Below are positions 57,632-64,000 of a stretch of 64,000 nt of DNA, piece by piece. The position numbers and the translations under genes are program-made. Origin of the DNA: an uncultured delta proteobacterium. GTDB taxonomy: Bacteria > Myxococcota_A > Polyangia > Haliangiales > Haliangiaceae. The notes beneath the pieces are model-generated. The model was not told where the DNA came from and did no database searches. It saw nothing but the letters and a program-made list of their open reading frames with translations. The stretch is from assembly GCA_963743525.1 (NCBI GenBank), contig CAVUQH010000004.1:1-64000 (forward strand), given 5' to 3'. Every line of letters begins with the position of its first letter. The stretch's first letter is position 1.

Positions 57632-58146
57632 TCCGCACCGGCCACGCTTTACTGCTGGTGGCGCTGTGCGCGCCACTGGTCACCGCCTGCTTCCAGGATC
57701 TCGACATCGAGTCGGTCAGCGGCTCCGGAGATCAACCGACGGGTCCTGCCCTGGACACGCCGCCGATCGAGCGCCCCGACGGCACGACGACAACCGATCC
57801 GTGCGAGGCGACCTGGCAGGACACCCGCGACATGCTCGACGCCAACTGCGGCAGCTGCCACGGCGGTGGCGACGACGGCGCCCGGCAGGGACAGCCACCG
57901 TTCGACTTCGTCCTCGATCCGCAGAAGCTGGCGACCGCACGCTCGGCCACCGTGCCCGATCCCGACGACCCATCCCAGGGCATGCTGTTCGTGGAACCAG
58001 GCGCTCCGACCAAGTCACGGATCTATGACCTGCTGGTCCACGACGAGATGCCGCCTCAGCAGCCGATCGGCGTCGAGCCGCTACCGCGCCCGACGGTCAG
58101 TGACCAGTCGCTCCTCAACGCCTGGATCACCTACTGCGCCCAGTGA
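57628..58146 (+). CDS. monoheme cytochrome c lipoprotein
   Basis: Lipobox VTAC, NCGSCHG, MPP, AWI. Confidence 0.8.
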   Translation: MIRTGHALLLVALCAPLVTACFQDLDIESVSGSGDQPTGPALDTPPIERPDGTTTTDPCEATWQDTRDMLDANCGSCHGGGDDGARQGQPPFDFVLDPQKLATARSATVPDPDDPSQGMLFVEPGAPTKSRIYDLLVHDEMPPQQPIGVEPLPRPTVSDQSLLNAWITYCAQ

Positions 58147-58279
58147 GCGAGATCTCCGAGGGCCGCAAGAGATGCTGTTCCCGCGCGCCAGCGGCACCGC
58201 CGTGCGCGTCGTCGGCAACGACGACGACGCCGCCGAAGCAGACAGCTAGCCCGGCCGCCGTCGTGGTAGGATCACGGCG

Positions 58280-59542
58280 ATGGCAGCGCGGCGGCTGGGG
58301 GTCGTTCTCGTCGCCTGGGCGGTGATCCTGGGCCTGGCGACCAGCGCTGTCGCCGACCCCCGGCTGCGCCGCGAGTCCGAGCGCCGCAACCGCATCGGCA
58401 CCCAGTTCTACAACGCCGGCAAGTTCGAGCAGGCGCTGCAGATGTACCAGGGCGCCTACGATCTGTTGCCCGACCCGCGCTACCTGTTCAACGTCGCCCT
58501 GGCCAAGGAGAAGATGTTCGACTACGAGGGCTGCGTGGTGGCGCTGCAGGGCTTCTTGCGCGCGACCACCGACGCCCCCGAGGCGCGCGACAACGCCGAA
58601 AAGCGCATGGCGCTGTGCCTCGAGCGAGTGACCATCCCGGTGCGCTTCACCTCGGTACCGACCAACGCCGCCATCTACGAAACCGCCGGCGACCAGCGCA
58701 CCCTGCTCGGCCGGACGCCGCAGGAGCTGCCCCTGGCTCCCGGCACCCATGCGATCGAGGTCGAGCTGCCCGGCTACGTCACGCAGCAGCGTCAGATCGA
58801 GGTCGCCGTGGGCGAGCGACCCAGCCCCGACTTCGTGCTCGAGAAGCTGTCGTCGATCCGCATCGAGGCCGACCCCTCGGGCGCGCGCATCTCCGTGGAC
58901 GGCGGCGACTGGGAGCCGGCGCCGCTGGAGCGACAGGTCAAGGCCGGCACCTATCACGTCAGGGTCGAGAAGGACGGCTACGAGCCGGCCCAGCGCGACC
59001 TGATCGTCGAGCCGGGTGCGGCCATGTCCCTGGTCATGCCGCTGCGACCGCTGCCGACGATCCGCACGCTGGCCATCGCGCTGGCCAGCTCGGCGCCGGT
59101 GACGACGCACCTGACCGTTGACGGCCGGCCGCGCGGCGGCGCACCAGCGCAGCTGACGTTGTCGCCGGGCGCGCACCAGGTTCGCCTGACCGCCACCGGC
59201 CGGCTGCCGTACGCCGACACGATCGTCATCGCCGAAAACCACGACGCCCGCCTGCTGGTCGATTTGCGACCACAGCGCAGCCGCAACAATCGGATCGCGC
59301 TGTGGAGCCTGGCCGGCGCCAGCGGCGCCGGGCTGATCACCGGCAGCATCTTCGGCGCCATGGCCCTTGCCGACCAGAGCCGCTTCAACGACGACCCCAC
59401 CGACGTCGGGCTGCACCATCGCGGCCAACGGCGCGCCCAGACCGCAGACATCTTCTTCGGCACCAGCGTCGCCCTGGCCGCGGGCGTCGCCGTCTACTAC
59501 CTGCTCACCCGGCCCGGCGAGTTGACCGGTACGCTGCAGTAG
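58280..59542 (+). CDS. TPR + PEGA repeat protein
   Basis: GKFEQALQMYQGAY...YLFNVA; SVPTNA...GRTP...PGTH; ADPSGARISVDG. Confidence 0.88.
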   Translation: MAARRLGVVLVAWAVILGLATSAVADPRLRRESERRNRIGTQFYNAGKFEQALQMYQGAYDLLPDPRYLFNVALAKEKMFDYEGCVVALQGFLRATTDAPEARDNAEKRMALCLERVTIPVRFTSVPTNAAIYETAGDQRTLLGRTPQELPLAPGTHAIEVELPGYVTQQRQIEVAVGERPSPDFVLEKLSSIRIEADPSGARISVDGGDWEPAPLERQVKAGTYHVRVEKDGYEPAQRDLIVEPGAAMSLVMPLRPLPTIRTLAIALASSAPVTTHLTVDGRPRGGAPAQLTLSPGAHQVRLTATGRLPYADTIVIAENHDARLLVDLRPQRSRNNRIALWSLAGASGAGLITGSIFGAMALADQSRFNDDPTDVGLHHRGQRRAQTADIFFGTSVALAAGVAVYYLLTRPGELTGTLQ

Positions 59543-59544
59543 AC

Positions 59545-62500
59545 CTACTGGAACGGCGTGCGGTTGGTCGACTCGTGGGTGACGTCGCGCTCGAGCGTGG
59601 ACAGCTCGAAGGCGTCGAAGCTCCAGCCCGGCGCGGCCAGCTCGAGGTCGAACAGGCGCAACACCCACTGGTAGCTCTGGACCACGTACGGATCGGCGGC
59701 GGTGCCGGCACCGCCCATGCACATCTGGGCGTTCGGTCCGCTGCCGTCGGGATCGACGCAGCTCTCACCCGCGGCGCAATCGCCCGCGTTGTTGCAGCTG
59801 GCGCCGCTGCCCGCCAGGGCCTCGAAGCCGCTCTTCTTCTGCGCGCCGCTGCTGGCGCGGGGGAACGAGGCCGGCAGCACCGGCAAGGTGAAGCACTCGT
59901 CACCGCTGCAGCTGGGGTCGAACGGCCGAAGGACGATCCACTCGGGCGTCTGCTTCGACCGCTCCTCGTTGGTCGTACCGCACGAGGTCACGGGCAGATA
60001 GCTGTCGGACAACACGCCCAGCTCGTGGCGGCTGTACAGCGGCTCGTTGCCGTTGGCGCCGCGGGCGTTGTCCCAGGTGAAGGTGCGCGGTCCGGTAAAC
60101 GTCGTCGCCGCGACGTCGAGGAACGAGGTGACGCTGGCCGAGCCGCCGGTCGGGCCGAACGGCTCGTTGCCGGAGCCGTCGTCGCGCAGGAGCACGGTGC
60201 TGGTGCCCTCGAGCCGGTTGGCCGGGACCGACGGATGGTTGGCGGGATTGATGTACGTGGCCGTGATCGACGCCAGCCGGCGAACGCTGGGAGCGTTTAC
60301 GTCGTCGAGCTCGGTATTCGGGATCGACACCGTGCTGCCGGCACCGGACGCCACCATCTCGTGTCCCAGCAGCACCAGATCGCCGGTGCCGTCGCCGCCG
60401 CTGTAGTCGCCGATGGTGGTACCGACCAGGTCGGCGTCGGTCGGCTGCCCGGAGAAGGTGATCTGGAAGCGGTTGGGGGTGTTACCCACGCTGTAGTCGT
60501 TGGTCAGGTCGATCGACACGCCGCTGGTGGGCGGCGCCGGCGGCACCAGGCCCAGATCGAAACCGATCCGCCGGTAGTTGGTCTCGCCCAGCAGGTCGGA
60601 GATGGTGCCGCCGCCCGAAAGCACGGTGTTCACGGTCGACAACGGGATGCGGACATGAGCCAGCTCGACGTTCTCGCTGACGCCGTTGGCCAGCTGCAGG
60701 GACCAGGTCGCCTCGTTGACGTGGCCGCCCAGGCAGAGGAACGCCAGGCACTGGTCTGCGACCCAGACGTTTGCCGGGATCTCCTGGACGCCGATGTTGC
60801 TGTTGCCCGAGTCCCAGCAGCGGTTCTGGGTGAAGAAGCGGCTGCTCTGGAAGTCGGAGAAGAACGACAGCCCCAGCTTGGGCAGCACCACGGCCAGGTC
60901 GAGGTTCGAGCTCGAGGTGCTGTCGGGAACCGCGGTGCCCAGGTCGTAGACGGTCGTGGTCGGCGGCGCCGGGTGGAGCAGCGGCAGCGGCAGGACCACG
61001 TCCGAGGCGTGGCCGCCGGTGAAGGTGAAGTAGGCGCGGTCGCCGGTGCCCGCGGTGACCGTGATCGCGCCGTCGAGGCCGCCGGAGTAGTCGTACACCT
61101 CGACGTAGCCGTTGGCGTCGGTGGTGGCGACGTTACTCACCGCTGACGAGCTGCCGCCGAACAGCGACGCCGCAGAGGTCTCGAACGCCGCGCCGTCCTC
61201 GGCCTGACCAATCAACACGCTGGCGCCGGCGACCGGCTGGCCGGTCTCGTCGGCGACCACGCGGACTCGCAGATTGCCCGAGGCCGGCGCGCACCCGCCG
61301 GTACCGCCGCTGCCGCTGTTGGCCGGGGCGTAGGTCATCGACACCGTGCTGGCCAGGGTCACCGTCTGCCCGCAGGCCGTCGCCACGATCGCCAGCGACT
61401 CGGATTGTGGCGCGGCGGCGGCGCTGACCACGCGGAAGTAGGTCCCCGGCTGGTCGGTCGATTCCGCGGCCGCGACGCCGCCGATGGTCACGTTCGCCCC
61501 CGACAGCGCGCCGCCACCGGTGTTGACCAGCGCGGTCCAGACCACCACCCGGGCGCCGGTTCCCGCCGCCAGACAGACCGACAGTGGCGTGCCGTCGTCG
61601 CTGCTGGTGCCGACGACCGAGGTCGCGCTCGGCGCCAGGGGATCGTGGTAACAGCCGCTCGCGTCGCAGCCGTTGACCGTGCAGGAGTCGCCATCGGCGC
61701 AGTTGGCCGGCCCGCCCGAGACGCACGACCCGGCATCGCACTGATCGCCGTCGGTGCACGGATCACCGTCGCTGCAGGTGGTTCCGGTCAGCGGCGTGTT
61801 CACGCACAGGAATCCGCTGCACGAGTCCGTGGTGCAGGCGTTGCCGTCGTCGCAGTCGCCGGCGGTGGTGCACTGGACGCAATCGGAGTCGGCGGCGTTG
61901 ACCTTGCCGTCGCAGTCGTTGTCGATCGAGTCGCTGCAGGTGGCGTCGCCAACCGGACCTTCGGCCCCCGGCGTGGGCGCGACCGGGTCGTTGACGCAGC
62001 TGTCGGTGACGCTGCTGCAGCTGTCGGTGGTGCAGGCGTTGCTGTCGTCACACGAGTGCGGCGGCCCGCCCACGCACCGTCCCGACTGGCAGCTGTCGCT
62101 GTCGGTGCAGAACTTGCCGTCGTCGCAGGTCGTGCCGTCGGACACCGGCATCGGCACGCAGTCGGCGAGGTTCTCGTCGCACACCCCGGTGTTGCAGGCG
62201 TCGCCGGCCGCCGAACAATCGCGCGGGTCACCCATGCAGGCGCCGGCGGTGCAGTGGTCGTTCACGGTGCAGAATTTGCCGTCGTCGCAGCTCGTGCCGT
62301 CATCTCGCGGGATGCCGACGCAGCCGCCGGCGGCCTCGTCACAGCTGCCGACGTTGCAGAAGTCACTTACCACCGAGCAATCGACCGGCTCGCCGACGCA
62401 GCTGCCGTTGATGCAGATGTCGTTCTCGGTGCAGGCGAGCAAGTCGTTGCAGTTCTCGCCCTCGCGCTGCGCCTGGTGCTGGCACTCGCCGTTCACGCAG

Positions 62501-62667
62501 GTGTCGGCGGTACAGGAGCTGATGTCGTCACAGTCGGAATCGACCGTGCACGGCGGCGGCGTGGCATCGGGCGGCGGCGCGGCATCCAGATCGCCCCCCT
62601 TGTTGCTGCCACCGCACGCGGCGAGCAACACCAACAGCACGCTCCCACATAGGAGCCTCATGCGCAC
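59545..62667 (-). CDS. large Cys-rich repeat surface lipoprotein
   Basis: Lipobox LAAC; repeated CDDGxxCTxDxC units; DNDCDG motif. Confidence 0.85.
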   Translation of the reverse strand: MRMRLLCGSVLLVLLAACGGSNKGGDLDAAPPPDATPPPCTVDSDCDDISSCTADTCVNGECQHQAQREGENCNDLLACTENDICINGSCVGEPVDCSVVSDFCNVGSCDEAAGGCVGIPRDDGTSCDDGKFCTVNDHCTAGACMGDPRDCSAAGDACNTGVCDENLADCVPMPVSDGTTCDDGKFCTDSDSCQSGRCVGGPPHSCDDSNACTTDSCSSVTDSCVNDPVAPTPGAEGPVGDATCSDSIDNDCDGKVNAADSDCVQCTTAGDCDDGNACTTDSCSGFLCVNTPLTGTTCSDGDPCTDGDQCDAGSCVSGGPANCADGDSCTVNGCDASGCYHDPLAPSATSVVGTSSDDGTPLSVCLAAGTGARVVVWTALVNTGGGALSGANVTIGGVAAAESTDQPGTYFRVVSAAAAPQSESLAIVATACGQTVTLASTVSMTYAPANSGSGGTGGCAPASGNLRVRVVADETGQPVAGASVLIGQAEDGAAFETSAASLFGGSSSAVSNVATTDANGYVEVYDYSGGLDGAITVTAGTGDRAYFTFTGGHASDVVLPLPLLHPAPPTTTVYDLGTAVPDSTSSSNLDLAVVLPKLGLSFFSDFQSSRFFTQNRCWDSGNSNIGVQEIPANVWVADQCLAFLCLGGHVNEATWSLQLANGVSENVELAHVRIPLSTVNTVLSGGGTISDLLGETNYRRIGFDLGLVPPAPPTSGVSIDLTNDYSVGNTPNRFQITFSGQPTDADLVGTTIGDYSGGDGTGDLVLLGHEMVASGAGSTVSIPNTELDDVNAPSVRRLASITATYINPANHPSVPANRLEGTSTVLLRDDGSGNEPFGPTGGSASVTSFLDVAATTFTGPRTFTWDNARGANGNEPLYSRHELGVLSDSYLPVTSCGTTNEERSKQTPEWIVLRPFDPSCSGDECFTLPVLPASFPRASSGAQKKSGFEALAGSGASCNNAGDCAAGESCVDPDGSGPNAQMCMGGAGTAADPYVVQSYQWVLRLFDLELAAPGWSFDAFELSTLERDVTHESTNRTPFQ

Positions 62668-62705
62668 ACGAACCCCACCCTTCGATCGTAGTATAGTGAA
62701 AGCCG

Positions 62706-63635
62706 ATGGCGGGGAGGTGGCTTTTGTCGGCGACCCTGCTCGCTGCGTTGGGGCTGGGCGCCTGCGGCAAGTCCGACGCGACGAGTGATGCCGGTACGCC
62801 CGATGCCGAGCCGGAGCTTTGCACGCTGGCGCCGGGTCAGAGCTACGTGCTGTCGCAGATTCACATCGGCACGCCCGACGTCGGACTGGATCTCGACGGC
62901 GACGGCCAGGTCGACAACATGATCGGGCAGATGCCGGACACCGCCCGGCAGAGCTCCAACGACGCCTTCGACAACTCGATCGCCACCGGCGAGCTCGACA
63001 TGTTGTTCCACATCACCGACTGGACCGATCCACCGACCGCCAGCGATCCCAACATCAGCTTCGACGTCTTCGTCGGCGTTAACGCCGACTCGCCGTACGA
63101 TCCGAGCAACAACCTCAACGGTAACGGCGAGTTCTACGTGCGTCTGGACCAGTTCGACCTCAACTGCATGCCGGCCCAGCGGGCCGAGAGCGCGCACATC
63201 GACAACCGAGAGCTGGTTGCCACCCGCCAGGACGGCTGGCAGTTCGTGCTGACCATCAACGGCGCCATGGAGTTCACCAAGGCCACGGTCATCGCCGACC
63301 TCAGCCCCGACTACGCCACCGGCACCGGCCTGCTCAGCGCCGCGCTGACGATCTGTTCTCTCGACAAGCTGCCGTTCCCCGGCGACCTCCAGGGCTCGGT
63401 GCTCGACGTTTTCGCCAACGAGCCGACCTTCTCCGCGGTCACCCCCGACATCGATCTCGACGGCGACGGGCTCGAACAGGTGATCGGCGACGGCGTGTCG
63501 ATCGCCGAGTGTATCGACGGCGACGGCACCGTGATCCCCGGCGCCGACTGCGTCTGCAGCCCCAAGATCGCCGACGCCTATTCCATGGGTGCCGAGGTCC
63601 AGCTGGTCAAAGCGAAGATCGTCGGAGTCCGATGA
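62706..63635 (+). CDS. acidic lipoprotein with DxDxDG motifs
   Basis: Lipobox LGAC; GLDLDGDGQVDN, DIDLDGDG. Confidence 0.8.
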   Translation: MAGRWLLSATLLAALGLGACGKSDATSDAGTPDAEPELCTLAPGQSYVLSQIHIGTPDVGLDLDGDGQVDNMIGQMPDTARQSSNDAFDNSIATGELDMLFHITDWTDPPTASDPNISFDVFVGVNADSPYDPSNNLNGNGEFYVRLDQFDLNCMPAQRAESAHIDNRELVATRQDGWQFVLTINGAMEFTKATVIADLSPDYATGTGLLSAALTICSLDKLPFPGDLQGSVLDVFANEPTFSAVTPDIDLDGDGLEQVIGDGVSIAECIDGDGTVIPGADCVCSPKIADAYSMGAEVQLVKAKIVGVR

Positions 63636-64000
63636 ACCGAACCGTTCTGGCAGCTGCCGCAGTCCTGCTGGCGGGCTGCGAGGTGGTGACCGATTTCACC
63701 CTGCAACCGGTGGCCGAGACCACCGAGCAGCTGTGCACGGACGGCAAGGACAACGACTTCGATGGCCTGACCGACTGCCAGGACTGGAACTGTTCCGACC
63801 AGCTTCCGTGCTGCGACATCCCGGTCGTGCAGCTGGTCGACGATTTCGACAACGGCCCGGCAGATTGCGCCACCGACGGCTGCGACGGCGCTCGCTGCGA
63901 TCAGCCCGACCTGTGCGCGCCCGACACCAGCGCCTGGCACACCTGGCCCTGCCCGGTCACCACAGAGTGCGGCGGCGCCCTCCACTTCAACAAGACCCGG
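63632..64000 (+). CDS. Cys-rich lipoprotein, truncated by window end
   Basis: ATGA overlap; MNRTVLAAAAVLLAGC; CTDGKDNDFDGLTDCQD. Confidence 0.75.
   Translation, partial: MNRTVLAAAAVLLAGCEVVTDFTLQPVAETTEQLCTDGKDNDFDGLTDCQDWNCSDQLPCCDIPVVQLVDDFDNGPADCATDGCDGARCDQPDLCAPDTSAWHTWPCPVTTECGGALHFNKTR

Overview
GC-rich bacterial DNA whose gene content (PEGA/TPR proteins, membrane Ser/Thr kinase, Cys-rich and Gly-rich lipoproteins, a DUF4157-type effector) suggests Myxococcota; this is inference only. Layout: (1) 138-8710 is an integrase-less island bounded by two identical 24-bp copies of a tRNA-Sec-type 3' end. It carries a SauUSI-like PLD-helicase-DUF3427 nuclease and two RNA-repair pairs, RbfA-like + RtcB and P-loop kinase + Thg1. 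The rbfA-like/rtcB pair lies behind a sigma70 promoter and an unannotated 18-aa leader ORF whose codons 8-10 can pair with the downstream Shine-Dalgarno (SD). (2) A DUF4157 polymorphic toxin with candidate immunity gene (13.0-19.0 kb). (3) A stress/membrane cluster around a V4R/XylR-type sigma54 activator, with four candidate -24/-12 promoters, a solo groEL, a desaturase, a cardiolipin synthase and two small ORFs (21-31 kb). (4) A coupled operon PHP-glycosyltransferase, deacetylase, ferredoxin, FAD oxidoreductase, membrane protein and 12-heme cytochrome, opposite an MMPL transporter (31-41 kb). (5) A TetR-regulated SAM methyltransferase + fused HgcAB-like corrinoid/ferredoxin protein (46.0-48.4 kb). 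(6) An AraC-VOC-UvrA2 cassette and many lipoproteins. Five genes carry single-base frameshifts, at least four probably assembly errors. All family calls come from motifs read by eye; no database search was run. No intact RNA gene, CRISPR array or integrase was seen.
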